Notes: a model not told the origin generated them from the letters alone. A stretch of DNA of 64,000 nucleotides from Octopus sinensis (GCF_006345805.1 NC_043007.1:33170001-33234000); one strand, 5' to 3'. Counted from the first letter of the stretch, positions 1 through 12,318 are shown. Program-made: numbers and translations.

Positions 1-274
1 CGCATGTACTGTTTTGAATTTACAGGAATATGCACATATATACACAAACTCACATACACATAGATGTATCTGTGTAAGAGTAAGCTAGCGAGAGAGAGAG
101 AGAGACGACAGACAGACAGAGAGAAACAGAGACAAGGAAATACAGGATGTATAAAAATATATAGAAAGAGTGAGAAGAGATGTAATTAAACATCTATACA
201 ATTATGAATTAAATGCAATTAAATTAAGTACATTCATCTTCGAATGTATTTCATTTAATATATTCTCTCCTTTT

Positions 275-500
275 AGGCAGCGAGCTGGTAGAATGCTAAG
301 TAGTATTTCATCCGTATTTGCGTCCTGAGTTCAAATGCTGCCGAGGTCGACTTTGCCTTCCATACTTTTTTTTTTTTTTTGGTAGGGGGCGGGGTCGATA
401 AAATAAGTACCAGTTGAACACTAGGGTCAATGTAATCGATTTTTCTCACACTCCCCGCACTGAAAATCGCTGACCTTATGCCAAAATTTGAAAGCAATGT
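275..500 (+). mobile_element. SINE family A, diverged copy
   Basis: ggcagcgagctggtagaa...gagttcaaatgctgccgaggtcgactttgcctt...ggggtcgataaaataagtaccag, matching the better copies at 9090 and 38896. Confidence 0.8.
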
Positions 501-802
501 ATTCACCGTATTTTGTAATTCGTATCCAACACTTCCACCAGCATCCTAGACCTCTCTGCTTCAATTATCAACTCCAGATTTTCCGCATCCGTCTTTGATA
601 AACCTATTCACTTTCTCTCATAGGACGGTTGCTACAGCACCGGATGAATACGTTGCGACATTTATTTTGTGCTCAAATCCTGACGAGGTTATGACTTTTT
701 GATTAATTAATTAATTAATTAATTAATTCAATCATTTATTTATTTACTTTTTACTTGTTTCAGTCATTTTACTGTGGTCATGCTGGTGCACCACCTTTAG
801 TC

Positions 803-940
803 GGTACAAATCTAATATTGGTTGGTACAAGTCTAATATTGGTTGGTACAAATCTAATATTGGTCGGTACAAATCTAATATTGGTTGATACAAACCTAAT
901 ATTGGTCAGTACAAATCTAATATTGGTTGGTACAAGTCTA
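803..940. repeat. 21-bp minisatellite, ~6.5 copies
   Basis: Tandem ggtacaaatctaatattggt(t/c) units with point variants; begins where a SINE B tail fragment (745-802) breaks off. Confidence 0.95.
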
Positions 941-1069
941 CACAAATCTAAAATTTGTCAGAAAACAATATTTATCTACATTGACATTTCGATCGAGATA
1001 AATTCGCAGCAAACACACTAACAAAAAAAAAAGCACAGTTCCAAGATTTTTTATTTTTGGCAATCAATA

Positions 1070-1420
1070 AGTTCAAATCCCACCCCTGTCAGGGGAGGGG
1101 CGTAGCTCAATGAAGCCAAAGACGGCTGAAAAAACAGTCCTTTTTTTCCAAAGGAAAAATTATAGGATTGCGTTCCTTTTTTTTTTTTTTTGTTCAAAAG
1201 AATTTCTTCCTCTCAAGAGGAACAACAGTTCAAATCCCACCCCCGTCAAGGAGAGGGGCGCAGCTCAAATAAAGAGCCTAAAACGGTTGAACACAGTTTT
1301 TCTTTATTCAAAAGAAAATTGTAGATTTCCCTTTTTTTTTTCCACAGTTAAAAAATAAATTCCTCGCAATAGGATCAACAGTTCAAATCCTATCCCCATT
1401 TGGGGGTGGGGCGCAGTTCA
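1070..1420. repeat. ~155-bp diverged tandem repeat (2-3 units)
   Basis: agttcaaatcc...ggggcg(t/c)ag recurs at 1070, 1227 and 1380. Confidence 0.8.
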
Positions 1421-1858
1421 ACAATACCTACAAAGGCTAATTCTTTGTAAAATGCACTCCGTTGAAGAATCCAATCGAATAAACAATTGCCAAATGGCTA
1501 CAGAAATTTCACTGTTCCCCGAAATACCGAGAAATAAAATAATGCAACACAGCCTGCAAACAGGCAACTGTTCACAATAACAATTTTCAACAATAATTTT
1601 CAACAACAGTTTGCAATAAATAACAGGGTTTCAACAATAGAAATGACAACTCACAGAGCGCAAAAAAACACGACCGAAGTCTTCAACCGGAAGTAAGCTT
1701 CTTTATTTCATGATATTGGCTATGAAAACCGTACATAGAGTGGACAGTACAAGGCGGGGGGAAAAAATAAAACGAATGGAAGGGATGAATTAAATATGAT
1801 GAAGGATGAAACGAAGCCGTTCGGCTCCACCTCCGAGCGACTTCACTGAACCTGTTAA

Positions 1859-2288
1859 CCCTTTTGTTACCATATTTCTGTTGAGATGCTCTGTGTTTCT
1901 TTCAATTAATTCAAATATAAAAAGAATTTAATAAAATAACTTAGTTGCCATTAAGTTAGTGTTAAGAACTTAAATTGTGATTGAAGTTTGGTGGAAGATT
2001 TTAATTCAAATCTTATGAAAACAAGACTCGAGAAGGAAACTCAGCAAGGCCCCAGTCAGTTGCAGGGTCAAACTTATGTACATTTGGTAATCATTTACGG
2101 CTGAGGATTCTGAAACAACGTGAAATAAGTGCCTTGCTCAAGAGTGCAACGCACTATCGGGTCCGAAAATTGCCGATCTTATGCCAAAATTTGAAAGCAA
2201 TATATTCACCGTATTTTTAATTCATACCCACCAAATTCATAGATCTACGGAGCCAGAGGCGGTTTCAGCCGGGTTGGTATCGAAAGGG
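1859..2288. mobile_element. piggyBac-type MITE carrying an internal templated insertion
   Basis: TTAA at 1855-1858 and 2289-2292; TIRs cccttttgttacc / ggtatcgaaaggg; body homologous to 55599 and 63406 copies. Confidence 0.85.
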
Positions 2289-2341
2289 TTAATACAATGT
2301 TTTTTTTAAAGTCTAGTTTATAACATTATTATCAGCCACAA

Positions 2342-2800
2342 CTAATTGTCATTCCTCCGAAGGATGTCTTCATTGTGCTTCTTTAAAATATCATAAATGC
2401 TTACTTGCTTAGGCTTTGAGCTGGTGTCCAATTTCCTCACCCAGCTCTCATTGTGATGGTTTTCCTCAAAGTCCTTTAATCTTGATATGCATGCTGGGTC
2501 TGCCACTACACAACGAAGGTACTCGGGCATTCCTTTTACTCCTGATACGTCCACATTTATAACACTGTCCCACGAGTCTATTTCGTTATACACTTCTTCA
2601 TTGTCTCCACTGTACATCATAACATATTTTTCCAAGAGCGAGGGTGACGAAATTTGGGGCTCCTGTGTGTTTGTGCTTGTGATTTTGTCAGGTAGGGCAT
2701 GGAGAGGGCTGTTGTCTGTAGGGAGTGGTTGGAGTAGAGTGGGTTTGAGATGGTGGTCGCCCTTTACAGCGTGTGCTTTTTTCTCTTCCTTCTCTTTTTC
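2342..2800 (-). CDS. Unidentified stop-free reading frame (~152 codons), possibly retroelement ORF1 relic or exon
   Basis: Listed ORF 2342-2635 extends in frame upstream to a TAG at 2803-2801; normal amino-acid complexity; no recognised domain. Confidence 0.3.
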   Translation of the reverse strand, partial: EKEKEEKKAHAVKGDHHLKPTLLQPLPTDNSPLHALPDKITSTNTQEPQISSPSLLEKYVMMYSGDNEEVYNEIDSWDSVINVDVSGVKGMPEYLRCVVADPACISRLKDFEENHHNESWVRKLDTSSKPKQVSIYDILKKHNEDILRRNDN

Positions 2801-2934
2801 CTAGCTGTTTACCATTCATTATTCGTGAGGGCAACACCCTAACCAAACCACTCGGTCATACATACTCGCATGCATACACACACACACACACACACACACA
2901 CAACGAACAACGTACGTAGTAGTAGATATAAATA

Positions 2935-3177
2935 AATGCGCCCTTTTAAAACCAAGCTAGGCGCATGGGCCCAGTTTCAATGGCGTATGTGTTTCCCAGC
3001 TGGACGGGACGCCAGTCCATCGCAGCGTTACTCATTTTTGCCAGCTGAGTGGACTGAAGCAACGTGAAACGAAGTGATTTACTCAAGAACACAACGCGTC
3101 GCTCGGTCCAGGAATCGAAACCACAATCTTACGATCATGATGCTGACACCCTAACCACTAAGCCACGCGCCTCCACG
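2935..3177 (-). mobile_element. tRNA-derived SINE family D
   Basis: Minus strand gtggaggcgcgtggcttagtggttagg (A box)...ggtttcgattcc (B box)...gttcttgag...ttcacgttgc. Confidence 0.85.
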
Positions 3178-3750
3178 TTAGTAGATACACTACTAATAAA
3201 AGTTGCGTTGGTCATGGTTCAAAGGATTTTCATTGTGGGTCAGGTTGTTTAGAACTAGTATGGAATTCAACTTCAATAAGAACAAGAACAATGACAACAA
3301 CGACGACGATGGCAACAACAACAACAACAACAGCAACAACAACAACAGCAAGGGCAACAACACGCATATTTACCAATTCTCCTTCGCTATATTAATTCTT
3401 TGACATTTCAAATTCCCTCTGAAATTTTTAACCACAGTGCAGGAAATACCAACTTTATAAATATACATACATACGATTCATACATACGTGCATACATACA
3501 TACATACATACATACATACATACATACATACATACATACATACTTATATATGTGTGTATGGGTATATATATATGTGCGTGGGTGTGTGTATATATATATA
3601 TATACACACACATATATATATATATACACACACATGTATGTATGTATGTATGTATGTATGTATGTATGTATGTATGTACGAATCGTATGAATCTCTCTCT
3701 ATATATATATATATGTGGGGGGGTGTATATATATATATGTAGAGAGAGAC

Positions 3751-3790
<40 letters not shown>

Positions 3791-4542
3791 AGAGAGAGAC
3801 TCGCTTACATTTACATACGCATATACATAAATACATATATATATACATTAAATATATACATACATAAATACATATATATGTGTATGTGTGTATGCGCGCG
3901 CGCCTGTGTGTTTATGTGTGTGTGTGTGTGTGTGAGTGAGTGACTGTAGGAAAAACCTGAGCACAATGTGTTATTAAGATTTTCTATTAAATCCGAATGC
4001 ACAAGATAGCTGCTGCTGCTGCTACTTCTCAATTCAACACATCGGCCATCTTATTTTGGTTTATTATTGCTGTTCACTATGAAAGCTAAGCAGCTTAATT
4101 TTGTGCTAAAAATAATATTCACTGGTACTCTTATTTTCATCACATTGTTACAACTATTCACAATTTTCCTAACAGTGCTTCATGAGAAGAAATTAAGACT
4201 GTATTTAAATTATTTCTTGTCTAAACTACTATCACTGCGCTTCTTCTTTACAGAGACGCATGGTTGTTTTCGATCAATAGTATTTATGGAATACACACGA
4301 TATAAAACGGAGATTTCCATCTGAAAGTTTCTTTTGTCATTGCATAAACCATTCAAAATCGTTAGTCTAGCCTCTCACAAGGACATTTTTGCAAATGGAG
4401 ACATATCTTTTACTTCTTTTTATGGAGAATATTTAAGACGTGAAGAGAAAGAGTCTTTCTTGATCCCACAGGATCATGAGGCCGGTGCTTATCTGATTTC
4501 TCAAGAATGAAGGAACGAGATTATTTTTTCCCTCGGCAAGAC

Positions 4543-4790
4543 TGTGGAAGCGTGTGGTTTAGTGGTTAGGGTGTTGGACTCGGGATCATAAGATTGTGGT
4601 TTCGATTCCTGGATCGGGCGACGCGTTGTATTCTTGAGCAAATCACTTGATTTTCCGTTGCTCCAGTCCACTTAGCAGGCAAAAAGGAGTAATCTTGCGA
4701 CAGACAGGCGTCACATCCAGGTGGGAAATGTATACCCCATGGAAACCGGGAAGCCGGGCTTTATGAATCTGTATGACTCGAGAAGGAAAC
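4543..4790 (+). mobile_element. tRNA-derived SINE family D
   Basis: gtggaagcgtgtggtttagtggttagg...ggtttcgattcctgg...ttcttgagcaaatcactt. Confidence 0.85.
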
Positions 4791-5389
4791 TCAGCAAGGC
4801 CCCAGTCAGTTGCAGGGTCAAACTTATGTACATTTGGTAATCATTTTCGGCTGAGTATTCTGAAACAACGTGAAATAAGTGCCTTGCTCAAGAGTGCAAC
4901 GCACTATCCGGTCCGAAAATTGCTGACCTTATGCCAAAATTTGAAAGCAATATATTCACCGTATTTTGTAATTCATACCCACCAAATTCATAGATCTCTC
5001 TGCTTCAATTATCAACTCCAGATATTCCACACCCGTTATGTTATTTTGTTTTTATTTTTGTCCAGATATGAGTCTTTAGAAAAATTCTGATCGGTCAGAT
5101 ATTTGCGGCCTTACCAAAGCCCATTCGAACATGGGGGAACAGCTCATGCGGCCATTATGAATTTTCTGACGTCATGACAAAATATTCTGATTCCCGGAAT
5201 TGAATATTCATTTCTTTTAACTTAAAACGCTTCTATGAATGCATTTCATATAGTCTACTAAAAACCTAAAAGATATTTTCAATTTAATTTTTGTACCATT
5301 CTTGTTTTATTATCTTAAACTACTATTTTTTATGTGAGACACTGTGAGCGTTGCTTTGTGTCAAAGGTTTCCTTTAGAGTTGTTGCTTG

Positions 5390-5687
5390 TTCCTTCTCGA
5401 ACCATGCCTGATTCATAAGGGCCGGTTTTTTCTGGTTTCACTGGCGTATAAGTTCTCCGCCTGGACGGGACGTCGATCCGTCGCTGGTGAGCTGCAAGAT
5501 GCAGGAGGAAAGAGTGAGAGAAAGTTGTGGTGAAAGAGTCAGCAGAAGTTCGCCAAAACCTTCTACCGGAGCCGCGTGGAGCTTATGGGTTTCGCTCATA
5601 AACACACACATTGCCCTGTCTGAGATTCGAATCCGCGATCCCTTTACCGCGAGTCCGCTGCTGTAACCACTAGGCCATGTACCTCCA
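5390..5687 (-). mobile_element. tRNA-derived SINE family C
   Basis: Minus strand tggaggtacatggcctagtggtt...ggattcgaatctc; homologous to 25577 copy. Confidence 0.8.
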
Positions 5688-6288
5688 GAGAAGCTAATTT
5701 TAATGATAGACTTAGACTTAGTTTGTCATTAACTCAAGGTCTCAATAGTCCGAAGCTTAATTTAGTTCCCATGACTCTCCCCTCCGAACGGGACGCCAGT
5801 TCGTCGAGGGTTTAACATTTCAAAGATTGCTGGAAATCATTTACAGCTGAGTGAAGTGGAGCAACGTGAAATGCAGTGCTTTGTCCAATAACATAAAACC
5901 CTACCATGTCAACAAATTGAAACTATGACCTTACGTGTATGACCTTACGTGTATGCAACCCTCTAAACATCAGTCCCACGCGCTACTATGTATCTGAGTA
6001 AAAAGAAAAGTCATCAACTCCGTTGGGTGTGAAATAGAGTACGCTTTTACTTTTTTACTGGTTTCTGTCATTTGACTGCGGCCATGCAGGAGCACCGCCT
6101 TGAAGGACTTTAGTCGAATAAATCGACCTCAGGACTTATTTTTTTGTAAGCCTAGTATTTATTCTATCTGTCACTTTGGCCCAACCGCTTAATTACTGGG
6201 ACATAAACACACCAGCATCGGTTATCAAGTGATACTGGAGGTGGTCAAACACAGTCACAAAGAGATACACACATGAACACACACACAA

Positions 6289-6337
<49 letters not shown>

Positions 6338-6502
6338 ATAGTTATCGCCATACTAATATGGCATTCTTATAAAAATAAGAAAAAAGCTGTCCGCTTATTA
6401 GCTCCATGAGGCCATCGCCTTAAGTTAGCTATTTGATACACAAACTGTATCCATATAACCTTCGAACAAGGGAGGTCAGTCGCTCCACACTACTGACCGG
6501 CA

Positions 6503-6544
6503 GCTACAGACGCGTTTCGGGGTATTGCCCCTTTTCAATGCAGC
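6503..6544 (-). ncRNA. Minimal type I hammerhead ribozyme, U3-A8 core
   Basis: GCUGCA UUGAAAA GGGG-CAAUA-CCCC GAAA CGCG UC UGUAGC. Confidence 0.8.
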
Positions 6545-6726
6545 GTAGCCAGCCAGTAGGTGTCGCTTCCGACAATCTCTGTTCGATGGTTTTATTTACC
6601 TAGTTTCGGTGGAATACATCCACTTGTTTTCAATAAATAGAATATTAAAATACTAAGTCTCTCTAAACTAGGTAAATAAAACCATCGAACAGAGATTGTC
6701 GGAAGCGACACCTACTGGCTGGCTAC

Positions 6727-6766
6727 GCTGCATTGAAAAGGGCAATACCCGAAACGCGTCTGTAGC
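6727..6766 (+). ncRNA. Minimal type I hammerhead ribozyme, U3-A8 core
   Basis: GCUGCA UUGAAAA GGG-CAAUA-CCC GAAA CGCG UC UGUAGC; stem I 6 bp, palindromic stem III. Confidence 0.8.
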
Positions 6767-8929
6767 TGCCGGTCAAGTAGTGTGGAGCGACTGACCTCCC
6801 TTGTTCGAAGGTTATATGGATACAGTTTGTGTATCAAATAGCTAACTTAAGGCGATGGCCTCATGGAGCTAATAAGCGGACAGCTATTTTCTTAATTTAT
6901 AAGAATGCCATATTAGTATGGCGATAACTATTATTTCCGGGAACGCTGGCCGCTGTTCTCTTTTAGAGAGACTTAGTTATTTTAATATTTCTATTATATA
7001 TATATATATATATATATATAGATATAATATATATATATATATATATAGATACTATATATATATATATATATACACGACGGGCTTCTCTCAGTTTCTGTCA
7101 GTCAATTCCACTCACAAGGCTTTGGTCGGCCCGTGGCTATAATAGAAGACACTTGTCCAAGGTGTCACGCAGTGGGGCTGATCACGGAACCATGTAGCTA
7201 AGAAGCAAGCTCCTTACCACACAGCCACGCCTGTCTTTCATTATTTTTGCGAGTTTCAGCACGAAAACCGCGGTCATGCTGGAGCACTGTGGTTAGTTTT
7301 GTTACACTTTCACTACTTGAAACCTCTTCTATGTGGTATTTAGGGAATGAGGGAGTCTGATGTTTTATAAAGATAAAATGCATTATGTCATTTTGGAGGC
7401 TGTGCCTGTTACACAAGGAATTTACTGCGCCTCAAACAGCGCATTGTAAATCATCTCACAGAAAGTAGTGATTCAGTATAGAATTATATGATTTTAAAAA
7501 AAGTCCCAGAATGAAATTGACAACGTATTACATTAAAGAATTGAAGTATTGTTTAATTTAAGATTATATTACAAAAGTCCAAAGCAAGAAAATGAAACTA
7601 CATCCCCAAAACTGCTGAAACGGGTTTTCAGAAACATGGACGAATAAGGGGTTACTCTATAGTCACCTCTTTTCTTAAACCTACTCTGGCCTGAGGTGGC
7701 AGTACATGTAAAGAGCCGCAATTATTATTCAATTAGAAGATGGCCCTGTGGTTAAGGCATACAGGACTCGGAAGCGGGCTTGACCCACAGCCGTTCGGCA
7801 TTTAAACCGGCTATAACCGGCACTCTTTCCTCCTGCATCTTGCAGCTCACCTGCAACAGACCGGCATCCCGTCCAGGTGGGTAACCTATACGCCAAGGAA
7901 ACCGAGAAACCGGCCCTTATGAGCCAGGGATGGTTCGAGAAGGAACAAACAAAATTAGCTTCTACCTACAATTAGTTTTGCCTGATCCACTGCGTCCCGT
8001 GTTAGCTAATTTCTACGTCTGTCTGCGTGTGTTCATGTTTGCCGATATAAAACCAATTTTATGTCAATTGGTGTAACTTAGATTCCCGATAAAGAGTGGT
8101 CGATGAAATAAGCACTAGGGTGAAATAAATACTAGAGTAGATAAAATCACCGATCACTAAAACCAAAAAAAATTCAATGATAGAAAGTGCTACAGCTTGG
8201 CCACAGTCCATTATGGAATAGAATATATAAGCCACTCGAGAGGAAAGTGTAGTGACTCGTCTCACCTAAAGAATATTAAGATATAAAGTTTGAGATTAAA
8301 ACGAACAGATTTAATGCAAAATGTAAGCAAATAGCATATTGCTAACCATAAACACATTTTAAAAAAATATTCTTGAATATTAAGTGAAACCAGCTTGCGT
8401 TGCACTAAATATAATGACGATGTAGCAAAAAAAAAATTGGTTGAGGGGAAATATATGTAATTGATAGGAATCACCTATTTTACCAAACAGCCAAGTAATA
8501 ACCGAAAACGTTAGAATACAGAAAGAAAAATCAATAAAAAGATAGCAAGAAAACTCGTATTATAGGTAGTTACTAGAGAAAGATAAGGCAAAAAATATAT
8601 GAGAATTTACGAAAAAGTATTGAACGAAAAAAGGAAAATATAGTGCCAGCAAATGAAATATGTTTCATAATAAGAAAATAGATTCAGAGTTAGGAAATAC
8701 TATGCAAAATGGAAAGAAATTCTGTGCAAAAAGGTAAGAAAAAGTCAGTAAAAGAAGAGAAAATTAGTTGGAGGATAAATCTAAAGAAATAGCAAATGTA
8801 AATTTTTAAAAAATGGTATAAAATGATTTGACTAACAGAACGAAATATTTTAAATGAAATAGAATATTTCGAGAGGAGAAACAAAGTTATCTTGGTATGT
8901 ATGTGGTTTTTCGTTTTACAAGATTTTAC

Positions 8930-9329
8930 TTTTTTTTTTTATTATTTTTAACTGGAAGTTAAAGATTGAAACTATTAGAGTAGATGGGTATGAAACTTAT
9001 CTACTAACAAAGTACTTTGCGTGTGGTAGAGAAATCGCTTTGTAATTCCGTAGTTTCGGGTTCAACCTTGCTTTTAACATCTCTCGGAATAATACCTATT
9101 TCTTTACTACCCACAAGGGGCTAAACACAGAGAGGACAAACAAGGACAGACAAACGGATCAAGTCGATTATATCGACCCCTGTGCGTAACTGGTACTTAA
9201 TTTATCGACCTCGAAAGGATGAAAGGCAAAGTCGACCTCGGCGGAATTTGAACTCAGAACGTAACGGCAGACGAAATACCGCTAAGCATTTCGCCCGGCG
9301 TGCTAACGATTCTGCCAGCTCACCGCCCT
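8930..9329 (-). mobile_element. SINE family A with a ~150-bp 3' extension and A-rich tail
   Basis: Full SINE A 9090-9329; 8945-9090 is shared with 42046-42190; T-run on + strand at 8930. Confidence 0.85.
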
Positions 9330-9792
9330 TCTCGGGATAAATCAGTCTAGAGCATTGGACGATCTGAATTATTAGATCTTCGAACGAGATGCCTTGATGG
9401 GGTCTCTCTCGCCATTGTTCCTTCCGACGGCAAAATGAGCGACGATAGTAGCGCCTAATTATGTCTTCCCATATTTTCCCCTTGTACAACAGCATTACTG
9501 TGGGTAGGGATTACTTGTATGAATGAATAATTTTGGGGTTTGCATAAAAAAAAGAAAAAAAAAAACCTCCTGAACCTACACTTCGCCAAGAAGCAACGCT
9601 GAATTGAAACGGATCCGACTAAATGTCTCTCTATTCATCGAGTTATTGTAATTACAACCTTACTATTACTTATCATAGAGACACTGTATATAGACTTACT
9701 ATCTTACAGCCATACAGTATGCACAGACTCACTATATATTTGCTACGGAGATGCTACATGTACGTATTTACAAATGCTTATTATAGAGAGCC

Positions 9793-10190
9793 CTACCACC
9801 TAACCGTCGTGCTTTGCCCCGAATCGTGGCTCAGCAAGTTTGAACGATTGTTCTTCCGCTTTTTGTGGAAGGGCAGAGGACCCCTTGTAAGGCACTCTAT
9901 CTGTTGCCAACAACCGCTAAAGGGTGGGCTAGGGATGCCTTGGCTGATGATGCGCAAGCACGCGCTGAGGTGAAGGCATCTTTGGCTTTACCTGGAAGGT
10001 GAATTGGGTGTGGTCTCCGTTCGTCAAACTGTTGCTTTCTAGGTTCACTAGTTTTAATGAAGAACCATGACTCAAACGCAGACCAAAGTTGGGTACTTGG
10101 CAGGCCGAGTGTCGGAAGGCACTCATGCTCCTCTGCCGCACAGGTAATGCTGGTAGCGTGGGTTCCACTTTGTCATTCTATAGGAGGTTT
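9793..10190 (+). mobile_element. L1/Tx1-clade LINE ORF2 fragment (post-RT region)
   Basis: YHLTVVLCPESWLSKFERLFFRFLWKGRGPLVRHSICCQQPLKGGLGMP fits the F-x-W...P-x-x-GGLG motif of L1/Tx1 ORF2; stops follow. Confidence 0.75.
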
Positions 10191-10446
10191 CTGCCAGCTC
10201 GCCGCATTATGCCTTGTATATATAGACTTACTATAGCTTACTACAGAAACACTGTGTGTACAGACTTGCTGTTACTTACTACAGGATACACCTTGAAACT
10301 TTTAGCTGAAACTAAATGTATTGACTCTCGCAAACCTCTGTTTACATCTGTCAATGTAAGTAATCTTAGCTAAGAGAATTTATATACGTATTCTCGTAAG
10401 AACAGCATTGAATCAAAACTCCGTTAGCGTATAATAATATTTTACG

Positions 10447-10680
<234 letters not shown>

Positions 10681-10686
10681 TGTCTC

Positions 10687-10727
<41 letters not shown>

Positions 10728-11549
10728 GTATATATATTATATATGCATGTATTTATATATATATATATTATATATATGTGTATGTATGTATATATATGTG
10801 TGTATGTATGTATATATATATATGTATGTATGTATATAGAGTTAGGATTAGGGTGTGTGTGTGTATGTATGTATATAGGGTTAGGATTAGGGTGTGTGTG
10901 TGTGTGTATTTATCTGTGCGTGTCTGTGTGTGCATACCTATCAAGGTAAACACTAATAGAACAACAAGCACTTAGTAAGTACAACTTACTTTTCACGTCT
11001 TTGTTTACATATCGTATTTCTAGTCCCACGAGAAAACCGCGCTTCCATTATGTCTCTTCTAAATGGAATAAAAATGTTATTTTTCAATCATAAGAACCTA
11101 CTCATTCATTATAAACTGAAGTGTCGTCCATTATATCTGGTTTGGCCATATCTTTCCTCAGCACGTCTCCCTGAAACCACGGACCAACTTCGGCGTTCTA
11201 CAAATATGGGCACTCTTCTATAGAAATTTCATATTATTTTTACACAGACATGTAGAACAGGATTAACCATTAAGGAAAATAAGCACCTGCCTAGGGCATG
11301 AAGAGAAGGTGGGGGTTACTATAGAATTGATAAATGGTTTACGGCAAAAAAGATATTACTTTCAAAATTGCTAAAATAATATTCGGGATGCCGTATCTCT
11401 ACTAAGTATTGGTACAGTGTCCAAATGGTTTAAATACTTCAATACTGCAAAATGCAAGTCTACTAAATACTAGATTATGTATTTAACTGCATCAAATGAC
11501 ATTATTTTGCTTCAAGAAATAAATATTTCGAAAATGTACGTATCACATA

Positions 11550-11839
11550 CGTAGGAACAGGCGTGGGTGTATAGTAAGAAGATTGCTTCCCAACCATAAG
11601 ATACCGGGTACGGTCCCATTGCGCGGTACTGTGGGTAAGTGTCTTCTACTATAACTTCAGGCCGACCAAAGCCTTCTGAGTGGATTTGGTAGACGAAACT
11701 GAAAGAAGGCCGTCGAACATACATACATACATACATACATACATACATACTTACATACATACATACATACATACCTACATACATACATACATACATACAT
11801 ACGTACATGCGTACATACATACATACATACATACATACA

Positions 11840-11872
<33 letters not shown>

Positions 11873-12105
11873 GTGTGTGTGTGTGTCTTTGTTTCTATGT
11901 TTGTCGCCTCCCTCGCCATCGCTTGACAAACGATATTGGTGTGTTTACGTCCCTGTAACTTACCAGTTCGGCAAAAGGCAACGATAGTATAACTACTAGG
12001 CTTACAATGAATAATTCCGGAGGTCGATTTCTTCGACTAAAATCCTTTAAGGCAGTGCCCCAGCTGACCGCAGTCAGATAAATGAAACGAGTAAAAAAAT
12101 AAAGA
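11550..12105 (+). mobile_element. SINE family B with expanded (CATA)n spacer
   Basis: Diverged head, aagtgtcttctactata, gaaactgaaagaag, tail catcgcttgacaa...gcagtca. Confidence 0.85.
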
Positions 12106-12173
12106 CTCTATTTACTTTTGATATGTCTACGTATGTATTTAAGTGTATGTTTGCATGTATATATATATATTAT

Positions 12174-12240
<67 letters not shown>

Positions 12241-12242
12241 AT

Positions 12243-12275
<33 letters not shown>

Positions 12276-12278
12276 GTG

Positions 12279-12318
<40 letters not shown>

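Larger units (their letters stand above)
6333..6995. mobile_element. Long inverted repeat (~273-bp arms) with two hammerhead motifs; PLE/retrozyme-like insert in (TA)n
   Basis: Arms 6333-6606 and 6665-6936 are near-identical reverse complements; a second inverted pair is 6636-6667 / 6962-6995; flanked by (TA)n on both sides. Confidence 0.9.
6045..7234 (-). mobile_element. SINE family B (tRNA head, CORE-like segment, internal microsatellite, tail), interrupted in its (TA)n spacer
   Basis: Tail half 6045-6290 and head half 7073-7234 match the intact copies (e.g. 40113-40524); 6333-6995 insert lies between them. Confidence 0.85.

Noticed and set aside
803-940. CRISPR-like regular repeat
   Set aside because: Contiguous 21-bp units with no unique spacers, no cas genes, eukaryotic context
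9202-9495. Recurrent peptide LARRAKCLAVFRLPLR...LSSFRGR in several ORFs
   Set aside because: Translation of SINE family A, not a protein domain
10838-10895. Telomere-like ttaggg/ttagga
   Set aside because: Only a few degenerate units inside a 38-bp duplication among microsatellites
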